Shown: in pieces, positions 26,401-35,521 of the stretch
Numbering within the stretch: the stretch's first letter is position 1
Layout of the letters: every line of letters begins with the position of its first letter
Origin: a virus
Taxonomy: Duplodnaviria; Caudoviricetes
Length of the DNA: 52,423 nt
IMG/VR virus record: IMGVR_UViG_3300031957_002670
Span: 1-52,423 of that record
Reading direction: 5' to 3' (one strand)
The notes under the pieces: model-generated
What the model was told of the DNA's origin: nothing
The model's database searches: none
Seen by the model: only the letters and a program-made list of their open reading frames with translations
Program-made: the position numbers and the translations under genes

Positions 26401-28307
26401 GAGATAACCCAGTCACAGATGCACCAGCATCCGCGTGTTATGCACTTTCTGATAATATTGGTTCGGTCTCAATCAATGACCCAAAAAATAGTATCACTAC
26501 TGAAACACTGGAAGACCTGTTCATTCAGGTTGGTGTTGCAATTACCGGAATTATATCGAACAATGTAGGAACTGCATATACTATCTTTACCCAATACGAC
26601 CATGGTTTGAATAGAATTACTGTTCCAACTATCAATAACCCTGGTGCAGGATATGGTGACGGTTCAAATACAATTCAATATTACTATAACGCAAAACTTC
26701 AAAACATTACAAGTGGATCGATCGGTGATTTTGGTACTGGACTAGTCACTATCGATGGAACATCTGCTGGTGAGATTATTGATATTCAGATTATGGATGG
26801 TGGTTCAGCTTTTGCTGCTGGTGATGAATTACGAGTCGTTGGTATTGCAACAACAACTGGATTCAGTGCAGCCACTGGTAGTGTAAACAAAATTTATGAT
26901 AACAGAGGAGACACTCTTTTGATATCTGGTATCGATAGTTATGATGGTAAGAAATATAATAGTTTCTATAGAATTTCTGCAATTTCAGAAACTAATGAGA
27001 TTGAAGTAACTCCAGTATTAGGTTCTCCTGGTATTAGTACGTTGGGATTAACTCCAGACCAGGTATTTGGTGGTGGTTTCACTATCATTGGACCATCTTA
27101 TGACACCGATAGTTTTGTTTATAATAAAAATGTTGGTATTGCAACGATAACAACTAAATTCAATAATAACTTTAGAGTTAATAATTCTATTATTGTGAGT
27201 GGTGCAGGACAAACATTCTATAACGGTTCGTTTGTTTGTATCGATAAGATTGGACTTACTACTGTAGTTCTTGATGTAGGTATCAATACAGTTACTCCTA
27301 CAATTGATGGAACTATCAGACTATTCCCATCCGGTTCTTCTGGAAACTTCGGCGACCTTATTTCAAGAAACGGAAGACTTTCTGGTAGAGAGAGTCAAAT
27401 CTACGCAGGTATCTCTACTACACTTTCTACAGCAGTTACTAGTAAAACAACTGATACTATTAATGTCAACAATATGACTGATTATGACTTTAGAATCGGT
27501 GATTTCCTTAGAGTTGATGATGAGTTGATGAGAATTAAAACTACAGTCAGTAGAATAGGTGGAACTACACAACTTAAAGTATTTAGAGGTGTATATGGTT
27601 CTATTGCAAACACTCATGTAAATGGTGCAGTTATTAATCGGGTTACATTCTACCCTGTTGAATTTAGAAGGAACTCAATTATTAGAGCATCTGGTCATAC
27701 CTTTGAATATATTGGTTATGGTCCTGGTAACTACTCAACCGCATTCCCAGATAAACAGACGAAGAGACTTACATTATCTCAACAAATCAATGCCCAATCT
27801 CAAACGATTTCAGGTGGTGTTGTCAACTATACCGGTATGAATGATAGAGGTGACTTCTTCATTGGTAACAAGAGAATTGCATCTAACACAGGTAGAGAAC
27901 AAGTATTTGATACTCCAGTTCAAACATATACTGGTGAAGACCCATATTCAAGTGGTATTTCTGATGATGTATCTGACTTCAACTATATTGAAGGTTCTAT
28001 CTTTAAGGTTGAAAGAAACATAATGGTTGATGGTGGTGATAAAGGTAATGTCCTTTCTCAGTTCAATGGACCTGTAGAATTTACTAAAAAGGTTATCAGT
28101 ACATCAGATGAAGGTTTTGAAACTAATAGTGTCTTTATTCAAGGTAATGCTCAAGTTTCAAGAAAGTTGACTGTTGGTATAGCTATCCCGACAGAGGCTG
28201 GTACTCCTGGTGATATTGTATTCAATGCCAATCCTACGAATAGTGGAACAGTTGGTTGGGTCTATACAACAAACAATCAGTGGAGAACCTTCGGAGTTAT
28301 TAGTTGA
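23418..28307 (+). CDS. Large virion structural protein (tail/baseplate; beta-helix-type N-terminal region)
   Basis: ILYVDP...GNSFARPFKTLQRAL, GVSIIGQDLRKT, QLVSIFAIG, SNSNFG, RASGHTFEYIGYGPG; late promoter. Confidence 0.75.
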   Translation: MPLSRLDNFLKNVKGNILYVDPSNLDATDGIENQGNSFARPFKTLQRALIEASRFSYQRGLDNDRFEKTSIYLFPGTHYIDNRPGWIPTGSNTFLLRSGVNSNDFQSFSNTSNFDITDGNNILYKLNSIHGGVIIPRGVSIIGQDLRKTVIRPIYVPNPENNLIERSAIFRLTGGCYMFQFTLKDADTQKPAYKDYSPSTFTPTFSHHRLTSFEYADGKNNVNINDDFINYTTDRTDLEMYYEKVGIAYGSASGREIEPDYPNANVDIQPKIDEYRIVGPVSGSVGISSIKAGDGITPSTQVNVKLSAGIFGLNVDTNVIINNVSDTRYNGTYLVNQVLDTNADGVTEFTYELPVPPANALPNPLGSSVELSSDTVTSASPYIFNISQRSVYGMCGMHADGSKADGFKSMVVAQFTGIGLQVDDRAFVRYNTTSGSFDDSNVVANLHTDINAVYKPQYANYHIKASNNSLIQLVSIFAIGYAEQFLTESGGDFSVTNSNSNFGQTALISRGYRDKAFTQDDVGYITQIIPPQSLKPEFTTVEYPSIDITKTVGVADTSRMYLYNYTNQDVQPPSVVNGYRFGANNNETLNVVIPVGGQTEVFRARVVMDDTAYATKKITGRKLARVGRNVSTGNSITNSTLMFTEDHQFKQGETIRAISNNGRLPDGLDSNRVYFAIVDGLPSNQIQLAQSFNDSLTGNKVGINNLGDTIIVESRVNDKDPGDVGHPIQYDVDESQWYVNVSSASTENNLFSKLNGGGLGNITSRTYTIRKKDSRQSDDRIVQLRFVIPANTGVSSARQPLDGFILQESSDVTGSTNEEVALEFNPGSVTMSNDSQMRNFSFISGVDYKAGITYYSTEQPHRLSIGSTVVINNVRSTLFPTVGTGNSGYNGTYEVTGIASAKTFTVNSIPLSAGTFINDTSQRTTELPTFSRRNLAKDFYVYDVQTINEYINGEQDGVYHLSIINSSNEPKVFPFNNNNYAFSQPITNYYPQLDRDNPVTDAPASACYALSDNIGSVSINDPKNSITTETLEDLFIQVGVAITGIISNNVGTAYTIFTQYDHGLNRITVPTINNPGAGYGDGSNTIQYYYNAKLQNITSGSIGDFGTGLVTIDGTSAGEIIDIQIMDGGSAFAAGDELRVVGIATTTGFSAATGSVNKIYDNRGDTLLISGIDSYDGKKYNSFYRISAISETNEIEVTPVLGSPGISTLGLTPDQVFGGGFTIIGPSYDTDSFVYNKNVGIATITTKFNNNFRVNNSIIVSGAGQTFYNGSFVCIDKIGLTTVVLDVGINTVTPTIDGTIRLFPSGSSGNFGDLISRNGRLSGRESQIYAGISTTLSTAVTSKTTDTINVNNMTDYDFRIGDFLRVDDELMRIKTTVSRIGGTTQLKVFRGVYGSIANTHVNGAVINRVTFYPVEFRRNSIIRASGHTFEYIGYGPGNYSTAFPDKQTKRLTLSQQINAQSQTISGGVVNYTGMNDRGDFFIGNKRIASNTGREQVFDTPVQTYTGEDPYSSGISDDVSDFNYIEGSIFKVERNIMVDGGDKGNVLSQFNGPVEFTKKVISTSDEGFETNSVFIQGNAQVSRKLTVGIAIPTEAGTPGDIVFNANPTNSGTVGWVYTTNNQWRTFGVIS

Positions 28308-28313
28308 TAAATA
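28306..28313 (+). promoter_or_regulatory. T4-type late promoter
   Basis: GATAAATA about 30 nt before ATG 28343. Confidence 0.6.
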
Positions 28314-28342
28314 AAAATAATAATTCCTGATTAGCAAGATAA

Positions 28343-30961
28343 ATGGCAGTAGATAAGGATTTTGTCGTAAGAAATGGCATTCAAGTCAATGAAAATTTAA
28401 TCTATGCTGACGCCGATAGTGACAAAATTGGTATTGGAACTACAACACCTGATAAGAAACTTGTAATTATTGGTGATAGTGAGGTTAGTAAACGACTAGC
28501 AGTTGGTACCACCATTACTGCACAGAGACTTGTAACTACGGGTGTATCTACTTCCAATATAGGTCTTGAAGTAGGTGTTGGTGGAACCGCATTTACTAGT
28601 TCTACTCTTACCAAAAAAATTGGAATTAACTCTTCAATTCCTGCATATACTCTGGATGTTATCGGACCAGTTTCGATTGGTCAGACTGCAGAGTATGTTT
28701 ATGGTGACCTGACAGTTACTGGTAATATTAAAGCAACATCTTTGGCAGGTCAAATTTCTGCTGGTGGAACTGTTGGCTTTACAAATGTCACAGTAACCAA
28801 TACATTACTTGCAAATAGTGCAGAATTATATACTAAATTTACAGTAGAAGAATTTAATAGTGATACCTATAGATTTATAGCTGGAACTGGAGACCCGGTA
28901 GGTGTTGGTTTTACGCAAAATACCGATAACCCAGACCTTTACTTATTGAGAGGAAATAAGTATGAATTCCATGTAGATTCTGGTGGTTTCCCATTCTATA
29001 TTAAGACTACACCTACTGCAGACTTGAATAATATCTACAATAATGGTGTAGATGGTAATGGTACTCAGGTTGGTATTCTGACTATCAGAGTTCCATTCGA
29101 TGCACCGAATAGACTTTTCTACCAGGCATCTAACGTTGCTGGTATGGGTGCAACAATATATCTACAGAATAATGGTACCGATATTGATGTTGGTTTTGCA
29201 ACAGTTAGAAGAAGATTAGATAGTGATGGTTATGCAGATTTTGAGAATATCTATGTATCGGGTATCGGTACAATCAATAACATCAAGAGTAATAACTACA
29301 GTGTAAGTGCTGGTATTGTTACAGTAAGACAGGACCAAACAGCGTTCATTGGTGTTTCTACTGGTGCGGATAGAGTTAGTGTTCAGACTACAAGTAGTAG
29401 TGCTACGCATCAGGTTTCTTTTGTAAACAATGTAGGTCTGGGTTCAAACTACCCACTGCACTTAATTGACTCCGATGTTAATCAATTAACCTATGTTCCT
29501 TCTACAAATGTACTATCTTGTACTAGATTTGTAGGTAATGTATCTGGTATTGCTACTGGTGCTGATAATATCAATGTAGATAAGATAAACACCAACACTG
29601 ATTATCAGGTCATCTTCAGTGAGCAAGGTGCAACTGATTATAAGAGGATGTATATCGATACTGATAGTAGTCATCTAACATATAATCCATCTACAGAAAC
29701 TCTTACTGTTGAAAATATCATTGGTAATCTCTTTGGTATTGCAACAAATGCGAACTTTATCAATGTAGATACCAATACACAGAACACCAACCATCAAGTA
29801 TTATTCAGTGCTAATCAAGGTGGTGGATTCCAAAGACCTTATATTGATTCTCAAAGTAATGAACTGACATATAACCCATCAACAAATACATTCTCTGTTT
29901 CAAACCTTGTTGGTGATTTGGTTGGTGATGTAACTGGTAATCTGACTGGTATTGCATTGAATGCAGACTTTATCAATGTAGATGAAACGGGTTCTAATGT
30001 AGATTACCAGGTATTGTTCAGTACCAATCAAGCTGCTGGATACCAAAGACCTTTTATTGATAGTGTTTCTGGTCAATTTATCTACAACCCATCAACTAAT
30101 CGACTGACCGTAGGAAACTTTACTGGTAATGGTGCAGGTCTTACTGATCTTGCTGGTGATAAGATTACTACGGGTACGATTTCTCCTGCAAGACTACCTT
30201 CCGCAACAAACTCAATTCAAGGTGCGGTTATTGTCAATAACACTTACCCACCCACAGGTACTTCTACTGTTCAACCTCCAAGTGTTGACGCATTTAGAAG
30301 ACTATATGATGCCGTAGGAAATTTTATTCCTTCTGGCACAAAAATGTTGTTCTATCAGGCTTCTGCACCAACCGGTTGGACAAAACTAACTGGTGATGAT
30401 AACAAAACATTACGTGTTGTTTCCGGTTCTGGTGGTGGTTCTGGTGGTACCAATTCCTTTACTAGTGCATTTTCTGAGAGAAGTGTTCCCCTCACGGCAC
30501 ATAATCATACTGGTAATGTAAGTGACCAGAGTAATAATCATACTCATAGTGGAAGTACTGGAAATCAAAGTTCCAATCATACTCACGGTGGAAGTACTGG
30601 AAATGCAAGTGCCAATCATAACCACCCTATGAACAGTGGTAGTGCCAGTGGTCAGTTTGTAGAGAATGTGGGTAAACAGAGAGCTGGATATCAGGGTGGA
30701 GATAGATCAGCTGTTGATGATATTGGTGTTGGTAGAGCTAGTGTAAGGTACACACAACAAAACACTAACTCATCAGGAGCAGCCCACACTCACAGTTTTA
30801 ATACCGGAAATAATAGTAGTAATCACAGCCATAGCTTCAATACAGGTGGGGTAAGTGCTAATCACAGACACAATCTCAGTATCTCTAATGAGGGCTCTTC
30901 TTCTGCAAATATGGACTTTAGAGTCCAATATATTGATGTGATTGTTTGTAAAAAGGACTAA
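28343..30961 (+). CDS. Tail fibre with four ~60-aa repeats, collar domain and HxH needle tip
   Basis: IGIGTTTP; repeats xVD..YQVxFS..YID...LTYNPST; IPSGTKMLFYQASAPTGW collar; seven HxH motifs. Confidence 0.8.
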   Translation: MAVDKDFVVRNGIQVNENLIYADADSDKIGIGTTTPDKKLVIIGDSEVSKRLAVGTTITAQRLVTTGVSTSNIGLEVGVGGTAFTSSTLTKKIGINSSIPAYTLDVIGPVSIGQTAEYVYGDLTVTGNIKATSLAGQISAGGTVGFTNVTVTNTLLANSAELYTKFTVEEFNSDTYRFIAGTGDPVGVGFTQNTDNPDLYLLRGNKYEFHVDSGGFPFYIKTTPTADLNNIYNNGVDGNGTQVGILTIRVPFDAPNRLFYQASNVAGMGATIYLQNNGTDIDVGFATVRRRLDSDGYADFENIYVSGIGTINNIKSNNYSVSAGIVTVRQDQTAFIGVSTGADRVSVQTTSSSATHQVSFVNNVGLGSNYPLHLIDSDVNQLTYVPSTNVLSCTRFVGNVSGIATGADNINVDKINTNTDYQVIFSEQGATDYKRMYIDTDSSHLTYNPSTETLTVENIIGNLFGIATNANFINVDTNTQNTNHQVLFSANQGGGFQRPYIDSQSNELTYNPSTNTFSVSNLVGDLVGDVTGNLTGIALNADFINVDETGSNVDYQVLFSTNQAAGYQRPFIDSVSGQFIYNPSTNRLTVGNFTGNGAGLTDLAGDKITTGTISPARLPSATNSIQGAVIVNNTYPPTGTSTVQPPSVDAFRRLYDAVGNFIPSGTKMLFYQASAPTGWTKLTGDDNKTLRVVSGSGGGSGGTNSFTSAFSERSVPLTAHNHTGNVSDQSNNHTHSGSTGNQSSNHTHGGSTGNASANHNHPMNSGSASGQFVENVGKQRAGYQGGDRSAVDDIGVGRASVRYTQQNTNSSGAAHTHSFNTGNNSSNHSHSFNTGGVSANHRHNLSISNEGSSSANMDFRVQYIDVIVCKKD

Positions 30962-30967
30962 ATATTC

Positions 30968-31288
30968 TTATTCACCCCCTATCATAGGGGGGTTAATGGG
31001 TGTTATTTGAGCAACATTGATTCCCTGTTGAAGGGCATGAGCATAAAGTTGTTGATTTTGATGATTTGCTTCTACTACTTCATTTCTGAAACTTTCTACA
31101 GCAGCTCCAGTTTGATTTGACTTTTGTGCAATCTCTACTGCCATCATAGGCATCCAAGACATGGCACATTTCCATTCATCAATTTCTTGACCGGTATTAG
31201 GATTTGTTCCTCTTACACATGTGTACCAAGCACACTTTTCTTCAACACACTTCTTTTGGATTAACGGACAGAATTCGCCTTTTTTCAT
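30968..31288 (-). CDS. Cys-rich fibre-associated hypothetical protein
   Basis: CPLxxxxCxxxxCAW...WKCxxxWMP, GAAVESFRNE; own minus-strand late promoter. Confidence 0.75.
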   Translation of the reverse strand: MKKGEFCPLIQKKCVEEKCAWYTCVRGTNPNTGQEIDEWKCAMSWMPMMAVEIAQKSNQTGAAVESFRNEVVEANHQNQQLYAHALQQGINVAQITPINPPMIGGE

Positions 31289-31311
31289 GATATATCATCA
31301 TACCTGAAAAA

Positions 31312-31336
31312 TATTTATATGTATCGGGTATAAATA
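31312..31336. promoter_or_regulatory. Back-to-back T4 late promoters
   Basis: TATAAATA on the minus strand (31312-31319) and on the plus strand (31329-31336). Confidence 0.8.
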
Positions 31337-31363
31337 AAAACAACGGATAAAACATTATAGATA

Positions 31364-34300
31364 ATGTCTTTACTTAGGGCCGACAAGATAACCAATAGGT
31401 TCAATAACAGTGGTCCTATTATTGTAGGTCCTTCTACGGTAAGTGGAAATTTTACTGTTACTGGAATACTTACCGCACTGGGTATTGGGGTAACGAACGA
31501 TGTCCTGGTTGGTGGGGGATTAACTACAAAGTTTCTTACCGCAACCAATAGTGCATCATTATTTAATTCATCTCTTACTGGCATCACCACTGCCGGTATT
31601 ATCACTAATGCAACTTATTTTGGTGATGGAGTAAATCTAACAGGTATTGTTACAACAATTGTTGCTGGTGATGGTATTCTAATCAGTCCGGTATCTGGTC
31701 AAGGTAGAGTCACTATTTCTGCGAACGTTGTGGCGTTTGCTGAGTATGCAGCAAACGCTGGTCTTGCAACTGATGTAAAGGGTGGGGCAAGTGGTGCAGT
31801 TCTGTATCAGGCGGCTCTTAACGATACTGGATTTACTGGGGTTGGTACTTCCGAGCAAATTCTTGTATCAACCGGAACTGGAGCACCTATATGGAAAGAT
31901 CTTGGGGCAATTGATACATATACCGATAAGGCGGGTATCGCAACAAATCTGGAGGGTGGTTCTGCTGGTAGAATTCCTATTCAAAGTGCACCTGATACCA
32001 CAATATTCCTTCCCGTTGGTGTCACAGGTAATATCTTGTTGGCACAGGGAACCTCAAATCCAATCTATATTGATCCTAAGACATCATTAGATGTTCGTAG
32101 GGCACAGTTTGCAGGTATTGCTACAAACTTACAAAGTGGTTACATCTCCTCTGCAACTTCATTGGAAGTTATTGGTATTACAACACTTACTGGTGGTAAT
32201 GTAGTTGTAGATAATGACCTTCGTGTTTCTGGGGTCACAACTACAGCCAATATGGTTGTCACTGGTGTTTCTACCATTGCAACTCTGAAGGTAGGTATTG
32301 TCGCAGGTAACCTTGGTGTTACTGGTGTTACCACTACTCAATTCCTTGAAGTAGCTGGTGTTACCACTACTCAATTCCTTGAAGTAACTGGAGTATCCAC
32401 AGTTGGTTTCTTAACTGTAACTGACAGTCTGTATGTCTCTGGTATTGCATCTGTCGGTGCCGCAGTTACAATGTATGGTAACACCGGTATTGTAAGTGCT
32501 ACAGCATTCTATGGTGATGGCTCAAACCTGACTAATGTTGTTGGTCTGGTATCTGTTACCAACCAAATCTATGTTACTCCTGATGGTAATGATGAGAACG
32601 ATGGTTATCTCCTTTCTACCGCAAAGAGAACTGTTGGTTCTGCTCTTACGATTGCAGAAGCAAGTACAGTCGTTAGAATTTCTGCTGGTAATTATTCAGA
32701 AAATAACCCAATCATTCTTCCAGAACAGGTCACTCTTCTCGGTGATAGTTTGAGAGAAGTTTCAATCATTCCACAAAATCCTGATGAGGATTTGATTTAT
32801 GTTGCGAATGGTAGTTATGTTGAGAATATGTCCTTCACTGGAACATTGAATGAAGGTAAGGCAATTATCTCCTTCAATCCCAACAAACCGTCTTATGTGA
32901 CACAGGGTCCTTACATTAGAAACTGTACAAACTTCATCTCCAACAGTATTGGTATGAAGATTGATGGTAGACATGTCATTGGTGACACCAGAGCAATGAA
33001 TGTTGACTCCTATACTCAACTCAATCAGGGTGGTATTGGTGTTTCAATCTCTAATGAAGGTTATGCTCAGTTAGTTTCAATCTTTACTATCTACAATGAC
33101 CAAAGTATTGTTTGTATCAACGGTGGTCAGTGTGACCTAACAAACTCCAACTCTTCCTTTGGTAGATTGGGTCTGGTTGCAGATGGTATTGGTCCCACAA
33201 ACTTTATTGGAACTGTTACTGAATTTACATCTGCGGGTTCAAATGTATTCCCAATTGACATTGGTGTTGATAGTGTCAATGTTACAAATGCAACATACGA
33301 TAATGTAACTGGTCTGACTACAATTACAACGGCAACCAACCACGATTTCAATGTTGGTATGTCAGTCTCCATGAGAAATCTGAAGTTCTCTTGTGACTCT
33401 AAAGATGTTGTAAGAGAAGTATCAACCGCACAACAGGTTCCATTTAGTGTTTCTGCAGTAACATATACCCAATCTACGGGTATAATGACTGTTACAACTA
33501 GTGCAGCACATAACTTCAACAGAAGGTCTGCAATTGATTTAAATCAACTGGTCTTCCAGTGTAACTCTGGTGGTGGTCCTTCAACCGCATTCTTCCCACC
33601 AGCTGGTGGTGATGGCAACGGCCCTTCTACGAGTAGATTTATTGTAGAAGAAATACCCGCAAACAATCAGTTTGTTGTTGATGTAGGTATCTCTACTATT
33701 GTACACACTTATGTTAATGGTGGTACATCAACACTGAGACCTTCACAGTTTGGTATCACAACAGCATCTTATACTGCATCAACCGGTATAATGACTGTTA
33801 CCACTAATTCAGACCATAATCTGAATTATAAAACGGCAGTCAATCTTAACAACTTGGTATTCAGATGTAATTCTGGTGGTGGATTCTCTACAGCGTTCTT
33901 CCCACCTGCAGCTGGTGATGGTAATGGAGCAACTACTTCGAGATTTAGTGTTCAGGAAATTCCTGATGATAATCAGTTTGTTGTAAATGTTGGTATTTCA
34001 ACTATTGTTCACGAATATGTAGAAGGTGGAACGACTACTAATACACCTTATTATGGTATTACTACTGCAACATATAATAACATCACAGGTGTTATGACAA
34101 TTTCTACTGATGTAGAACATAATGTTGTTGCTGGTATCAGTGTTACAATGACTGATTTGGTATTCAGATGTGACTCTGGTGGTGGTCCTTCAACCGCATT
34201 CTTCCCACCTGCATCTGGTGATAATAATGGAGTACCTAATCATGTGTTTGATGTTATCAGTGTAGGGGCAACAAATATTACTGTTAATGTTGGACCTTCG

Positions 34301-35167
34301 ACAATTGCACACAGTTATATTGATGGTGGTCAGGTTGCAATCAGTACAATCTCATCATTCCCCAATGGGTCATTTGGTAATATCTTTGCCGTAAATAGTG
34401 TTACATCACCAACTGAATTTACTTCTTATGTTGGTGTCTCTACATATCCATCACTTTATCATTCTGGTGGTCAAGTAGAAACATTTACATCATTACCTTA
34501 CGATGGTCAGATTGTATATTTTGATTCGATTTATAACTCTATTAAAGGTGTTATTATTACAAGTGGTGGTTCTGGTTATACAACACCACCAACTGTTACA
34601 TTCTCCGATCCTTCGGAATCATGGGGTATCAAGGCAACAGGTGTTGCACAACTGACTGATGGTTCTGTGACTTCTGTAGATATGATTTCTAATGGTAGGG
34701 GTTATACAGGAACACCTACGGTATCCTTCACTGGGTCTGCTACAGGCGCTCCTGATGTCTTGCCTACATACTATGTGGTCAGTAGTGCAACTCCAGTTGT
34801 TGGAGGTATCACTACTGTAACATTCACTGAAAATGTACCTTATGCGGTTGGTGTAGGAACAACAGTTCCATTCTTCAAACAAAGTAGAGTACTTGCTTCA
34901 TCTCAGGCATTTGAATATATTGGTTCTGGTAATACTGCACTTACTGCACTTCCGCAAAGAGGTGGTATAGCAATTCCAGAGAATGAAATTGTAGATAAAA
35001 ATGGAGGTTTGGTTGTCTTTACTTCTACCGATCAAGCAGGTAACTTCAAGATTGGTAAAGGAGTTATCATTAACCAACTAGAAGGATCTATTACTGGTAA
35101 TGCTTACAAGAGAAGTCTCTTTGCCAACATTACACCTTACATTCTCGCATTAGGAGGAGATTCATAA
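31364..35167 (+). CDS. Tail fibre/tailspike-like protein with beta-helix domain and ~100-aa repeats
   Basis: GITT/GVST shaft repeats; IYVTPDGNDENDG, GDSLREV, PYIRNCT, AQLVSIF; three Y...TGxMT...CxSGGGxSTAFFPP repeats. Confidence 0.75.
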   Translation: MSLLRADKITNRFNNSGPIIVGPSTVSGNFTVTGILTALGIGVTNDVLVGGGLTTKFLTATNSASLFNSSLTGITTAGIITNATYFGDGVNLTGIVTTIVAGDGILISPVSGQGRVTISANVVAFAEYAANAGLATDVKGGASGAVLYQAALNDTGFTGVGTSEQILVSTGTGAPIWKDLGAIDTYTDKAGIATNLEGGSAGRIPIQSAPDTTIFLPVGVTGNILLAQGTSNPIYIDPKTSLDVRRAQFAGIATNLQSGYISSATSLEVIGITTLTGGNVVVDNDLRVSGVTTTANMVVTGVSTIATLKVGIVAGNLGVTGVTTTQFLEVAGVTTTQFLEVTGVSTVGFLTVTDSLYVSGIASVGAAVTMYGNTGIVSATAFYGDGSNLTNVVGLVSVTNQIYVTPDGNDENDGYLLSTAKRTVGSALTIAEASTVVRISAGNYSENNPIILPEQVTLLGDSLREVSIIPQNPDEDLIYVANGSYVENMSFTGTLNEGKAIISFNPNKPSYVTQGPYIRNCTNFISNSIGMKIDGRHVIGDTRAMNVDSYTQLNQGGIGVSISNEGYAQLVSIFTIYNDQSIVCINGGQCDLTNSNSSFGRLGLVADGIGPTNFIGTVTEFTSAGSNVFPIDIGVDSVNVTNATYDNVTGLTTITTATNHDFNVGMSVSMRNLKFSCDSKDVVREVSTAQQVPFSVSAVTYTQSTGIMTVTTSAAHNFNRRSAIDLNQLVFQCNSGGGPSTAFFPPAGGDGNGPSTSRFIVEEIPANNQFVVDVGISTIVHTYVNGGTSTLRPSQFGITTASYTASTGIMTVTTNSDHNLNYKTAVNLNNLVFRCNSGGGFSTAFFPPAAGDGNGATTSRFSVQEIPDDNQFVVNVGISTIVHEYVEGGTTTNTPYYGITTATYNNITGVMTISTDVEHNVVAGISVTMTDLVFRCDSGGGPSTAFFPPASGDNNGVPNHVFDVISVGATNITVNVGPSTIAHSYIDGGQVAISTISSFPNGSFGNIFAVNSVTSPTEFTSYVGVSTYPSLYHSGGQVETFTSLPYDGQIVYFDSIYNSIKGVIITSGGSGYTTPPTVTFSDPSESWGIKATGVAQLTDGSVTSVDMISNGRGYTGTPTVSFTGSATGAPDVLPTYYVVSSATPVVGGITTVTFTENVPYAVGVGTTVPFFKQSRVLASSQAFEYIGSGNTALTALPQRGGIAIPENEIVDKNGGLVVFTSTDQAGNFKIGKGVIINQLEGSITGNAYKRSLFANITPYILALGGDS
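32322..32386 (+). repeat. 33-bp tandem duplication (GVTTTQFLEV x2)
   Basis: ctggtgttaccactactcaattccttgaagta occurs twice with period 33. Confidence 0.9.
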
Positions 35168-35168
35168 A

Positions 35169-35516
35169 ATGGCATTAGCCCTCAATAATTATCAGACAAT
35201 CACAGGGGTTGTCGGACTCAATACGGTAGGTATCTATACGGCACCTACTGGTTATAGTGCTATTGTCCTTTTAGCACAAACCGCCAACATTGGTAGTAAT
35301 ACACAAACTATTAATTTTTCTCACGAAAGAACTACTAATGCAGGTATTGCGGTAACTACTGAAATTTTAAAGGGTTTCCCGGTACCAGCAAATGATGCTG
35401 CTAATCTCCTTGGAGGTAAACTTGTTCTTGAAACTGGAGATTCTCTTGTTATATCTTCAAGTAGCAATACTGACGTGAAATTTATTTCATCTATCTTAGA
35501 GACACTTAATCAGTAA
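35169..35516 (+). CDS. Small virion structural protein
   Basis: GGAG SD; IYTAPTG...GKLVLETGDSL pattern seen in cyanophage tail proteins. Confidence 0.7.
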   Translation: MALALNNYQTITGVVGLNTVGIYTAPTGYSAIVLLAQTANIGSNTQTINFSHERTTNAGIAVTTEILKGFPVPANDAANLLGGKLVLETGDSLVISSSSNTDVKFISSILETLNQ

Positions 35517-35521
35517 TAACG

